DNA of 43,686 bases, from positions 1-43,686 of the IMG/VR virus record IMGVR_UViG_3300043485_000045; one strand, given 5' to 3'. The notes under the pieces were generated by a model that worked only from the letters and a program-made list of their open reading frames with translations, was not told where the DNA came from and did no database searches. Position 1 is the first letter of the stretch. Each line of letters starts with the position of its first letter. This stretch comes from a virus (lineage: Duplodnaviria > Caudoviricetes). This document shows, piece after piece, positions 17,777-27,090 of the stretch. Position numbers and translations under genes: made by a program.

Positions 17777-19450
17777 TTAAAGCCCCGTCACGCAATCAGG
17801 TGGTTTGTCGATCCGGATTCGCCCCGAAATAATCCCGCCCGACGTGTTCGGGATCCGGATGTACAATCCGGTGCTTCCCCAATTTGGAGTATTCGACACG
17901 TAGCAGCCGCTTGACCCAAAATCGGAGAGGTTGAACGCATGCACCAATCCATCGGGGCACGTCCCGGTCAGAACCTCAATGATCGGAGATGCCCCGGCGA
18001 GATGGTCCCACTTGATGCTGAGGATGTCGCTCGCCACGGCTGGGAAGCGGAACCACTGCGTTGCCCTGTCCGACATGCTGTACGTCGCGGTATTCCCGGT
18101 TGTCAGCAAGAATGCATCTTCGCAATGCGTTTCGTTCAAACCATCGGAGCCAGAACCGGAATCCGAACCTGGAAGGCTTGGTACGTCGCTCTCTTCCGCG
18201 CAATCGCCGATAACGATGTGCGAACTCCACGGCCATGCGCCATCGGCTGTGTTTTGGGGTTGGGTCGGCGCTATCATTCCGCCGCCTTTGTACTCGACAC
18301 CATCTCCGCGAAAACAAAAGTTGTCGCAGTCAACGGCTTCCGAAGTCGAGTATTCTGCGGACGACGCGAAACTAGCCCCCCATGAGGTAGCCGAGCCGAT
18401 GCGCATCTTGTTCGTGTCCGGATCACAGAACATCTTGATTTGCACCGTGAATGGCGCAAGTGTTGGCGTGCCGTGAGGAATTCCCACGATGAAATTCCAG
18501 GAGTTATCAAAGCTGTCCTTGACCAGATTGCCTTCAACCACCGTCGTAGAAAACAGCGCGTTGTCCGTGGTCCAACGGAACGGCAGGACATCGGGCCAAT
18601 CGCAGCAATCGACCGGCACATCCGAGCCGCTGCTGTCGCTGATGCTCGAATCGGAACCCTCCGGCACGCGCTCGCAACGCGGAGTCACCATGTCCATTTG
18701 ATCGAACGGTTCACGATGCACGTCCAGCCACCAACCCGCCGGAATGATGCCGCAAGCGTTGAGGCCGAGGCCGAAGACGCCGGTTCGCTGGAAATTTGCC
18801 GTGTAGTATTCGAGGATGCCAACGCCCGGCGCGTCATGCGTCGCTGCCGTGAACGGGGTGATGCTGAGGCCGAAGTGGTAGGCGCTGCCTCCCGTCTCGC
18901 CAATCCGAACGATAGCAAGCTTCTCCCCCGTCCCTGACTGCTTCCATAGAATCCGCGCCGGTCCCTGCTCGGCCTGGCTCGCGAGCTTGGCATAGTTGCC
19001 GGCGATCGGCGCGGCCCATTGATGCGAAGCGTCCGCAACGTCGATGGTGCATTTCGCAGCGCCGACGAGGATCGCGCGGCCGATGTTCGCGGCGCCTTCG
19101 GGGATCGGATCCAGCAAGATCGCAAACGGCGATGCGGCGGCCGGAACTGCACTGCTGAACGCGGTCTGGTTTTCGAACGTCACTTGGCCTCCTACGGCCG
19201 TGGCGGGGTCGCTCAGAAGAGCGCCCAGGCCGACGATGCCGAACTGGGCGAGGTCCTGGCCGGCGGCGTTGGAGATCCAGATCGATTGGTCGCGATCGGA
19301 ATTCAGACGATCCGGCCCGCGCAGCGTCGCGGATCGGCGCGAGGTTAAGTTGATCGCATCGATCGCGCGATTGTGGAACGCGGCGTTGAACGGGCCTTTG
19401 CCAGGCCCTGGCCGCTCCCCAGGCGTCAGCGTTTGCAACGGGTCGGACAT
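17777..19450 (-). CDS. Virion/tail protein with Cys-containing domains and Ser/Asp-rich linkers
   Basis: 557 aa, directly after the distal tail gene; linkers GSDSSISDSSGSD and GSDSGSGSDG. Confidence 0.65.
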   Translation of the reverse strand: MSDPLQTLTPGERPGPGKGPFNAAFHNRAIDAINLTSRRSATLRGPDRLNSDRDQSIWISNAAGQDLAQFGIVGLGALLSDPATAVGGQVTFENQTAFSSAVPAAASPFAILLDPIPEGAANIGRAILVGAAKCTIDVADASHQWAAPIAGNYAKLASQAEQGPARILWKQSGTGEKLAIVRIGETGGSAYHFGLSITPFTAATHDAPGVGILEYYTANFQRTGVFGLGLNACGIIPAGWWLDVHREPFDQMDMVTPRCERVPEGSDSSISDSSGSDVPVDCCDWPDVLPFRWTTDNALFSTTVVEGNLVKDSFDNSWNFIVGIPHGTPTLAPFTVQIKMFCDPDTNKMRIGSATSWGASFASSAEYSTSEAVDCDNFCFRGDGVEYKGGGMIAPTQPQNTADGAWPWSSHIVIGDCAEESDVPSLPGSDSGSGSDGLNETHCEDAFLLTTGNTATYSMSDRATQWFRFPAVASDILSIKWDHLAGASPIIEVLTGTCPDGLVHAFNLSDFGSSGCYVSNTPNWGSTGLYIRIPNTSGGIISGRIRIDKPPDCVTGL

Positions 19451-20565
19451 CAGGAGAAGATTCCAATCGGCGACAAATCGGCCGTGCGAATGACTTTGTT
19501 GACCACCGCGACTTCAGGTTGAAGGACGTACGTTCCACCGCTTAATTGACGCGTTGCGCGTGTCCAAAGATAGCGCCAGCCTCGTTTGGCGATTGCGCCG
19601 GAGTTGCCGATTACCAGCGGCTCGCGATCGTTTTGATCGGTCGATATCGCTGCGTTCGTCGGTACCGTTTCTCCCGATGGCAGACTGTCGGACCCGTTAA
19701 GATTTCGGATGAAGATCGTGTCATCGACGATTGAGATGACGGTGTAATTGCCGCCTCCGACGATGAAGATGTTCAGGCCGACGCTGAACAGTGTGACGTC
19801 GCTCACTGTGACGGGCACATCATCTCCTTCACCTGGTTGCACGAAGGATGCGGTTGTTGCCGTTCCGCCGTCACGACTCTTGCTCTTGGAGAATTTGAGC
19901 GTGAGCTCGAAGCCGTCCTCGCTGGTCATCTTGCCGTTCATTCCCAGGAAAAGGAGCTCTTCCGGGCCGAAGTTGAATCGCTGGCCTTTCCAGACGATCG
20001 AGACGGCGCGGTCATTGCACCTGCCGCTTAGATCTCCGATCGTCTCGATGTAGCTGATCGGCAACGTCGCGAAGCGGTTTCGAATCAATATGGTGAAGTC
20101 GAATTTCGGAATCGGCACCTCGACCCCTTCCACTCCGCTTTCGCTCACTCCTACCAATCGTTTGAAGTCGGGTACCGGATTCCCTCGCGTGATGCAGTTG
20201 TAGTAGGTCCCTTGGTCGATCGCGGTCATGAGCTTATGCGTCGCGCCGCTCGTGTCGAATGAGATCTCGTAATACTCCGGTTGGAACATATACTCGGCAG
20301 CGACTTGCCACAATCCGCCGTCCGTTGGCTGCGTGGGATCGTATTTGTAGCTCCTTAGCAACTGCGTGATGATCCCCTGCATGTTCGTCGGCGGAATATT
20401 GTCGAGCGCAGACGCAATCAGGTCATTGGGATCGTAGCAATGCGTCACCAGCCATTTCCGTGTCGATCGCGCGGAATTGAATACGACTTCGCCGCCTCCT
20501 GAGTCGATTTGCTCTTCCCAGGTCGGGGACGTTCCGCCGACGGCGATTTGAGTTGGTAGCGTCAT
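19450..20565 (-). CDS. Tail protein (distal tail/hub position)
   Basis: Immediately downstream of tape measure; 371 aa. Confidence 0.65.
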   Translation of the reverse strand: MTLPTQIAVGGTSPTWEEQIDSGGGEVVFNSARSTRKWLVTHCYDPNDLIASALDNIPPTNMQGIITQLLRSYKYDPTQPTDGGLWQVAAEYMFQPEYYEISFDTSGATHKLMTAIDQGTYYNCITRGNPVPDFKRLVGVSESGVEGVEVPIPKFDFTILIRNRFATLPISYIETIGDLSGRCNDRAVSIVWKGQRFNFGPEELLFLGMNGKMTSEDGFELTLKFSKSKSRDGGTATTASFVQPGEGDDVPVTVSDVTLFSVGLNIFIVGGGNYTVISIVDDTIFIRNLNGSDSLPSGETVPTNAAISTDQNDREPLVIGNSGAIAKRGWRYLWTRATRQLSGGTYVLQPEVAVVNKVIRTADLSPIGIFS

Positions 20566-20568
20566 AGG

Positions 20569-22584
20569 TCAAGCCATTGCGATGCCATCACGCCCCGCGA
20601 TTTCCGCTAAGCGTGCTTCGATGCGTTCCAAAAGCGTTCGTTGGGCCTCGGCGATGCGTTCGGCGTTGCTGACGCCGGCGCCGGCGAAACCGGACACGGC
20701 CGCGGCGTTGAAGGTCCCCTGGACAGAGATTCCGCGCTGGGCTTCGTAGGGATTGGCTGGCTGGCCGGTCGAATCGGTGAAACGCGACATCTCCGCAACG
20801 ATGCGGGCCGTGCTGGCCTCGGCTGCGGCGAAGTCGAGCTCGCCCTGTATCCTGCGTTCTTCGTCGTTGGCTCGCTGCGTTTCATCCGCACGCGCGGCAC
20901 GGCGTTCGGCTTCGTTCATTCCGGGCGACGCGTCGATTTCGGCCTGGCGACGTTCCGTCTCCATTTGTCGGACGATGCGATCCACATCTTCCTCGGCCTC
21001 TCGAAAGGCGCGTTCTCCGGCGGCCGCGTTGCGGATGTTCGCTTCCCCTACCACGCTCAGGCCTAGCTGGACTCGCAGCGCACTGGGCAATCGTGCAATC
21101 AAGTTGTCGATGATCACGGCAATCTCGGTTGCGATGTTCTCGAACGCCGTCTGCACCGTGCTTGCGATGCCATGGAAGATTTCTTCAATGGTGGAAGAAA
21201 CTTGGAGGAAGGCGGTATCGATGTCGGCGATGAAGGGATCCAATGCGTCGCCTAGCAGGTAAATCATGTCCATCCAGGAACCGATGATCCAATTCTTTCC
21301 CTTCGCCCAAAGCAACCGGAGCGTGATCCAAAAGATTTCGGCGGCCAAGAGCAACTCGCCGCCGGCGATGGCGTCGCTCATGGCGGTGAACGCTTGCACG
21401 ACGGTAGCAGCAAGGCCGTCGAAGATGGGCGCCCATGCGGCAACGACTTCGGTGTAATCGGTCAAAATCAGGAGCAAGGCGAGGCCGGCCGCGGCGGCGA
21501 CTCCCAGGCCGATCGCGAACACACCCAGGGCGCCAAAGGCGGCCCACGTCGATCCGGTGAACAGGCCGACGACGAACGTGCAGGCGCTCACGACGGCCGA
21601 GTAAAGGATGACGGCGGCTTTCGCGACGGAGAGGGCGGCGACTTTGGCCCACGTGGCTACCACGGATAAGCCGGTGGCGATCCTCAGCGCGGTAAAGGCG
21701 TAGGAAAGCGCATAGACCACCGATCCGAATATGGCGATGATTGTTCCCACCGTGACCATGATGTCGGCGACGCGAAACACCATCGTCAGAAAGGCACGGT
21801 TCGCGTCCACCAGCTTGCGCACGCCGACTACCACCATGATGACCAGGTGAAAGAACTGCGTCATGACCGGCTCGGCGGCGATGCCGATGGACATCCACAG
21901 TCCTTTGATCGCTTCGGACATGTCGCGGAACGCCAGGTTGTATTGCTCCATCTGACGCAGCTCGGCCTCCGGCCGGACGCTGCCGAGCATTTGGCCGCGG
22001 GCGATGCGGGCGTTGATGTCCGACGATCCGCGGCCGAGCCTCGCGCCGATGGCGACTCCGCCTCGTTCCCCCAGCACTCGGCCGGCGACGGTGGCGCGGC
22101 GCGTCTCGTTGCCGATCGACGCGAGGCCGTCCGAAATCAGCATCAACTGTTGGTAACGATTCGCGCTGGTCAATTGATCGATCGTGAGGCCCATCTCCCG
22201 AAGCGCTCGGCCGGCATCGCTGGCGGGATCGATGTAGGCGTCATTGATGAACTTCGCAATGTGCTGGGCGGCCTGTGGCAGCGCCTCGGCGTCGGCGGCG
22301 AGTGCGTAGTTGAGGCCAGAGATTTGCTCGCGCGTGTAGCCCGTCTCGCGCGCGATTTGAGAGATTTGCGCTGCAGCCTCGGAATAGACGGAAAGACCCT
22401 TGGCGAACGGCGCCACGCCGATGGCACCCATGGCGCCTACGCCCGCGCCGATCACCATCACCGTTGTCGCGAACGCCTGCATGCGGCGCTGCATCGTCTT
22501 GAGCGTGCTTGCGACGGCTTCTTGGCCTTTCGTCTTGAACTCGACGTAGGCGCCACCAGCTTTTACGTCGCTCGCGCCTGCCAT
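20569..22584 (-). CDS. Tape measure protein
   Basis: 671 aa Ala-rich helical protein, KAGGAYVE N-terminus, hydrophobic mid-region; follows the tail chaperones. Confidence 0.85.
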   Translation of the reverse strand: MAGASDVKAGGAYVEFKTKGQEAVASTLKTMQRRMQAFATTVMVIGAGVGAMGAIGVAPFAKGLSVYSEAAAQISQIARETGYTREQISGLNYALAADAEALPQAAQHIAKFINDAYIDPASDAGRALREMGLTIDQLTSANRYQQLMLISDGLASIGNETRRATVAGRVLGERGGVAIGARLGRGSSDINARIARGQMLGSVRPEAELRQMEQYNLAFRDMSEAIKGLWMSIGIAAEPVMTQFFHLVIMVVVGVRKLVDANRAFLTMVFRVADIMVTVGTIIAIFGSVVYALSYAFTALRIATGLSVVATWAKVAALSVAKAAVILYSAVVSACTFVVGLFTGSTWAAFGALGVFAIGLGVAAAAGLALLLILTDYTEVVAAWAPIFDGLAATVVQAFTAMSDAIAGGELLLAAEIFWITLRLLWAKGKNWIIGSWMDMIYLLGDALDPFIADIDTAFLQVSSTIEEIFHGIASTVQTAFENIATEIAVIIDNLIARLPSALRVQLGLSVVGEANIRNAAAGERAFREAEEDVDRIVRQMETERRQAEIDASPGMNEAERRAARADETQRANDEERRIQGELDFAAAEASTARIVAEMSRFTDSTGQPANPYEAQRGISVQGTFNAAAVSGFAGAGVSNAERIAEAQRTLLERIEARLAEIAGRDGIAMA

Positions 22585-22593
22585 GAAGGACTC

Positions 22594-23055
22594 CTATTCA
22601 TCGACAAATCGTTTCCGCCACGCCGCTATCTGTTGCTTGAACGGCACGCGGTGGCCGGTCTTCTTTTTCGCGTACACGTCGAAGTCGCTCGGCTCCTTGC
22701 GGGCATGCGCCTCGGTGCAATTGACGTTGTGCAGCTTCGCGAGCAGCCAGGCGGTGGGCTGCCAATCGCGCTGCAGTTTCTCACGGAAGGCGTCGAGCAG
22801 CTCCCTCATGGTGAAGGGGATGGCGTGAGATTCGGGGTCGTGTCCGAGTCCTGCGCAGCACTCCCAGGCGAGGCGATGCCAGGCGAGGCCATCATCTGAT
22901 CGATCTCCTCCTGAGCTTTCGCGAGGGTCGCTGCCACTAGCTTGGCCGGGTCGATCTTCTCCAGCGCGGCCATCGCTCCCTCGTTCGCGAGCTTGTTGGT
23001 TTGCTTGCCCTTTTCCAGGCCCTTCAGAATCAGATTCCGAAGGGCGGGGAAAAAA
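22594..23055 (-). CDS. Tail assembly chaperone -1 frameshift extension (gpT-like)
   Basis: -1 frame relative to 22806-23348, open from the slippery site T TTT TTC (23049-23055) to just before the tape measure gene. Confidence 0.55.
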   Translation of the reverse strand, partial: FFPRPSESDSEGPGKGQANQQARERGSDGRAGEDRPGQASGSDPRESSGGDRSDDGLAWHRLAWECCAGLGHDPESHAIPFTMRELLDAFREKLQRDWQPTAWLLAKLHNVNCTEAHARKEPSDFDVYAKKKTGHRVPFKQQIAAWRKRFVDE

Positions 23056-23348
23056 TCGGCGAGGGATCTCGAAAAGGCTTCCATCATCGCGTCGATCGAG
23101 TCGCCGTCGAGGGCGCCCATGAACGTTTCGAAGTCGACGTTGGCAGCGGCGGCCTGGGGCTGGAGAAGCGCCCACACCACGCCGGCGAGGTCACACGGAT
23201 CGCTCATCAGCTTCTTGAACCGCTCCATTTTGTTCGCGGTGACCTTCATCAGGTCAATAACGCCGGCGTCGCGCAGGCGGTTGACAATACCGAGCTGGAT
23301 CTTGAGATCCCACTCTTTGCCGGTCGAATCCTTGAAGGTGAAGGCCAT
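22806..23348 (-). CDS. Tail assembly chaperone (gpG-like)
   Basis: Between major tail and tape measure genes; FKDSTGKEW..ADFFP. Confidence 0.75.
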   Translation of the reverse strand: MAFTFKDSTGKEWDLKIQLGIVNRLRDAGVIDLMKVTANKMERFKKLMSDPCDLAGVVWALLQPQAAAANVDFETFMGALDGDSIDAMMEAFSRSLADFFPALRNLILKGLEKGKQTNKLANEGAMAALEKIDPAKLVAATLAKAQEEIDQMMASPGIASPGSAAQDSDTTPNLTPSPSP

Positions 23349-23406
23349 ACGCGTCTCTCTCGGGTTGCTGCGGGGTCACATTTGGTCGCCGGCGAGTCAC
23401 ACCGGC

Positions 23407-23874
23407 TCAGGCTGCGACGACGAACCAGCTCGGCACATTGGCGGTCAGACCGGGCTTCAAGCTGATTTCGATCTCCATTCCTTCGGACAGGTTTTCGGTT
23501 CGCGGGAAGCCTTCCACCAGCCAATCGGCGCGCGGGCCTTGGTTTCCGACCGTGGCCACCGGACCGTCGAGGAAAATCATGTCGATGGCGGTACCGTTGT
23601 TTGCGGCGGCCAAGAGAGATACGCACAGTTCGTCCGTGGGGATCCAGGCGATCTTGAACTTGGGGTTCAAGTCGCGCATGGTCGGCACGTACGTATGAAA
23701 AGGACGCGATCGGCGGATCGAGGCCTTGTAGAGCTCGATGGCGTCGCCCAGCGAGACATCTTTCATGTTGTCTTCGCTGTTCCATACGGGCGTGCCATGC
23801 GTGCCGGAATTCGCATAGGCGTATGCGTCTTTGCCGGCCTTGTTGACGACGGTGAAAGCGGCGGGTGCGGTCAT
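23407..23874 (-). CDS. Major tail (tube) protein
   Basis: 155 aa beta-rich protein upstream of the chaperone; no sheath gene present. Confidence 0.7.
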   Translation of the reverse strand: MTAPAAFTVVNKAGKDAYAYANSGTHGTPVWNSEDNMKDVSLGDAIELYKASIRRSRPFHTYVPTMRDLNPKFKIAWIPTDELCVSLLAAANNGTAIDMIFLDGPVATVGNQGPRADWLVEGFPRTENLSEGMEIEISLKPGLTANVPSWFVVAA

Positions 23875-23877
23875 GGA

Positions 23878-24393
23878 TCAACCTCGCATGGAATCCAGCC
23901 AGAGGCTGGGCATTTTTTGGAGTTCGGCGTCGAAGGCCGGCTTCATGTAGGGACGTTTCAGGACTCGGATCGTCTTGCCGCGCTTACCGCGAAACTCGCC
24001 GCCACGTTCCAAGCGGCCAGGCGTTTGCGAGGCTTGGCCGCCGCGCAGGATCGGGCCGATCACGACATTTCCTTCGTCGGCGTCATAGCCGAACAAGATC
24101 AGCTTCTTCAGGTCCCCCTGACGCGACCGCGGCGGCTCTCCGGGTTGCGAAGGCACATAGTCCTTCTTCACGCGGTTGCGTTTCGACTTGCCGGCCTGGA
24201 ACGCTTTCTTGGCGGCGGCGATCTCCTTGCGGTTGGCGATCGCGGCCGGCCGGATCGACGTCTTGGCTCGTTGGCGGACGTAGGCGCCGAATTTCGATTG
24301 CACGCGGCGTTCGGCGTCGGACAGGGCCTTCATCACCTTTTCGGAGCTGAAGAAGTTCTCGCTGCCGATCGCTTTGAGTTCGAAGCCGATCAT
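23878..24393 (-). CDS. Tail completion/neck protein (HK97 gp10-like)
   Basis: Basic; SQPGEPP..G.LK, LERGG, RPYMKPAF motifs. Confidence 0.75.
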   Translation of the reverse strand: MIGFELKAIGSENFFSSEKVMKALSDAERRVQSKFGAYVRQRAKTSIRPAAIANRKEIAAAKKAFQAGKSKRNRVKKDYVPSQPGEPPRSRQGDLKKLILFGYDADEGNVVIGPILRGGQASQTPGRLERGGEFRGKRGKTIRVLKRPYMKPAFDAELQKMPSLWLDSMRG

Positions 24394-24875
24394 TGGTTCG
24401 TCGTCTCGTGAAACGTCAATTCGATCACGCTGACCCAGAGGCTATGTTCGGCCAGGTCTTTTGGGCTGTGCGACACATGCAATTCCGACTTCATGCAGTA
24501 GACATTGGCGATGGTCGAAAGCACACGGTGCGCGGTAAGGAAGTAATCCTTGACCTGCACGGCGAACAAAACCAGTTCGTCTATCGCTGCATCGCGCGTT
24601 GCGGGATCCGGGTCCACTTTCTTTTGCAGCCAGAGTTTCACCAGGTGCTCGCGCCGCACCAACTTGCGAGCGATTCGCTCCGCTTGCTCGTTGATCGGTA
24701 TGACGGCAATGCGAACTCTTTCGGCCAGTTCGATATCGGTGTAAGCCGGCAGCCATTTGCGGCTGCAATCGGCGTTCAACTGAAGCCATACCGTTCCGCT
24801 CACCGGCGTGTTGATCTCGGCGGCGACGGCGTCGGCAACTGCCACCGTTGTTGTCGAGCTCGGGGTTGCCGGCAT
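24390..24875 (-). CDS. Tail terminator-like protein
   Basis: Position in the neck cluster; 161 aa ending SVIELTF. Confidence 0.6.
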   Translation of the reverse strand: MPATPSSTTTVAVADAVAAEINTPVSGTVWLQLNADCSRKWLPAYTDIELAERVRIAVIPINEQAERIARKLVRREHLVKLWLQKKVDPDPATRDAAIDELVLFAVQVKDYFLTAHRVLSTIANVYCMKSELHVSHSPKDLAEHSLWVSVIELTFHETTNQ

Positions 24876-24876
24876 T

Positions 24877-25281
24877 TCACACGCTCGCTAATTTCGTGTG
24901 CAGCCAAAACCAGGTTTTGAACTGCGGGTTCGGGTGATACTTCCATGGCAGCGTTCCATCGGGCGCCGTGAGAGGGTATGGTTCACCGTCGATTGTGATG
25001 ATGTCGCCGACGGCGGGCAGCACGGCCTGGCCGGCGATCTTGTATTCGCTCACCTTCACCAAAAAGCCGCAGTAGCCTTGCTCGGGCGGATGCTGCACGT
25101 ACACGGTTTCTTCCGGCGTCTCCCCGAGCTTGGTCATGTACTCTCGGTCGCCGCCGTCCCCCTGGGAAACGACCGTGATGGCGGTCGAGTCGGCGCCCCT
25201 GCATAGCCTCGCCGAGTCGCCCGCGTATGCGGCGAGCTGATCGGCGAGGAAGTTGAAGCCGTCGCGGAGCATGTTGGCCAT
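24877..25281 (-). CDS. Head-tail joining protein (gpFII-like)
   Basis: Position; PAVGDIITIDG motif. Confidence 0.65.
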   Translation of the reverse strand: MANMLRDGFNFLADQLAAYAGDSARLCRGADSTAITVVSQGDGGDREYMTKLGETPEETVYVQHPPEQGYCGFLVKVSEYKIAGQAVLPAVGDIITIDGEPYPLTAPDGTLPWKYHPNPQFKTWFWLHTKLASV

Positions 25282-25285
25282 GGCG

Positions 25286-25552
25286 TCACTCGGACTTTTC
25301 CGCTTGCTCGATCAGATGCAGCACGTCGGCCGTGTGCAGGAACACGTTGGGCGATTCCTCGGTGGCATCGTGGTTGCCGGCGAGCAAGTCGGCGACTTTC
25401 TTGGTGGGGCTGCGCACCGCGTCGCAGACGGTCATCACGTCGAAGGGCGAAACCTCCGCGATGCTGGCGGTCTGCACGCGGCCCTTTTTCTGATTGACGG
25501 CCGTCTTGCCTTGGACGGCCTCTTTCAGTCGGGCAAGCGATTCAGCACTCAT
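25286..25552 (-). CDS. Hypothetical protein
   Basis: GAGG RBS; 88 aa in the head cluster. Confidence 0.65.
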   Translation of the reverse strand: MSAESLARLKEAVQGKTAVNQKKGRVQTASIAEVSPFDVMTVCDAVRSPTKKVADLLAGNHDATEESPNVFLHTADVLHLIEQAEKSE

Positions 25553-25618
25553 GTCGGGTACCTCGAAGTTGTGACTTCGCGATCGCGGTGATGCATCGAT
25601 GCGTCACAGCGACGGCGA

Positions 25619-26593
25619 TTACTCGGAATAGCGGGCGCGGAGCGCGTCGATGATGACCTGCGCGGTCGTCGTTCCGGCCGTCTTCTCAAGGTGGGCCAAC
25701 AAGCCGAACGGCCCGGTCGCCAGCGCGATGTTTCCGAGATTGGCCGTTGCGTGCAGGACCTCGACGGCATTGATGTAGAGGATGCAATCGGAAGGATCGC
25801 GCATGTCGATCCAGAACTCGAAGCGGTTGGTGACGGCGGATCCTGCCGTGGCGTCGACGGTCGTGTCGGTCGCGTTGACCTCGGTGGTGCCGTCATCCGA
25901 CTCGGCGTAGATGTCCAGCGCCCCACCGTCGATGTGAAAGAACACGCTTTCGGTGATGGCGTCGGCGTCGGTCGTGCTGGTCCCGTTGGCCACACCAAGG
26001 CTAAAGTCGACGGCGGCGCCGGAACCGTTGACCGGAATGCGAATGATTCCCTCGACGATCGCATTCGCGCCAAGGGCAAAGCGATCGACGCTCAGCAAAT
26101 CGATGCACTGGGCTTCGTTGGTCGCGGTGAGTTCCAGCAACTTCGAATCGCCCAGGTCCTTGGGATAGCCGAAGGCGCCGACCGCTTGCGTTCCGGTCGG
26201 CACCGAGAGGAAACCGTGTCGCAACGCGTCGATGTCATAGGGCGGATCGATATTCAGGTTGATCGTCATCGTCGTGTCGGCCGCTGCTGCGTCACCGACG
26301 GCGCGGCCAGCATAGAAATCGCGATCGTTGACCTTCTTGTAATGGCCGGCGCCAGCGGATCGGTCCCAATAGACGCGGCCGCCGTCGAGGAAGTAGATGT
26401 TCGCAGTTTTGGGAATCACGACCTGTCCGCGGCTCTCGAAGCGGCGCGTATCGCCGCTCGAACCGGCGTTGAGGCCCTTCATGTAGGCCGCGCTGCCATC
26501 GGCCATTTGGTGCAGCTCGTTGGCGATCGCGGCGGCCGCGAGGTTCTTTTGCAGGTCGTTGTAATCGCGGACGGGGGTGGCTGCGGCGCCCAT
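25619..26593 (-). CDS. Capsid cement/decoration protein (DUF2190-like) with C-terminal extension
   Basis: G.VVIPK..GGRVYWD..AGRAVGDAAAADTT pattern; follows the capsid gene. Confidence 0.7.
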   Translation of the reverse strand: MGAAATPVRDYNDLQKNLAAAAIANELHQMADGSAAYMKGLNAGSSGDTRRFESRGQVVIPKTANIYFLDGGRVYWDRSAGAGHYKKVNDRDFYAGRAVGDAAAADTTMTINLNIDPPYDIDALRHGFLSVPTGTQAVGAFGYPKDLGDSKLLELTATNEAQCIDLLSVDRFALGANAIVEGIIRIPVNGSGAAVDFSLGVANGTSTTDADAITESVFFHIDGGALDIYAESDDGTTEVNATDTTVDATAGSAVTNRFEFWIDMRDPSDCILYINAVEVLHATANLGNIALATGPFGLLAHLEKTAGTTTAQVIIDALRARYSE

Positions 26594-26651
26594 GGTTCAA
26601 ACTCCAAACGAATGTATTTCGGGGTCAAGCATCGCGGACGATCGCGAGGCG

Positions 26652-27026
26652 TTATTGTTCGGTCGATTCGGCCTCTTCGCCGTTCGGCTCGGCCGAGCTC
26701 GCCGCTTCCGGCGTTTCAGCCGACGGCTCGGAGTCGGCCTTGGTCTCCTCCTTCTTGCCAGCCTTCTTGGGCTTGGCCGCAGGCTTTTTGGCATTGGCCT
26801 TCGCCTTCGGCTCGACGATTTCTTTCTCCCTCGATTCCTTTGCGCGAAGTTTTTCGTCCTCGTCGGTGTCGTTCTCGGTTTCCGGCGAGTACTCCTCGAT
26901 TTGCTTCAGGCGCACCATCGATCGGATGCTGCCTTCGGGCAGCTCGCTGGCGTCCACGACGGCGCCAGACTTGTATTGCGTCTGCTCGACGCTCACCGTT
27001 TTGCGGAAGATGTATTGCTTTTGCAT
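26652..27026 (-). CDS. Hypothetical protein with Lys/Glu-rich disordered tail
   Basis: 124 aa directly after the capsid gene. Confidence 0.65.
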   Translation of the reverse strand: MQKQYIFRKTVSVEQTQYKSGAVVDASELPEGSIRSMVRLKQIEEYSPETENDTDEDEKLRAKESREKEIVEPKAKANAKKPAAKPKKAGKKEETKADSEPSAETPEAASSAEPNGEEAESTEQ

Positions 27027-27090
27027 GACTGGCTCAGCTCGTGATTGCGAAGATTCGGAAAAGGGCGATCGATATTACTGCCTGGGCGAG

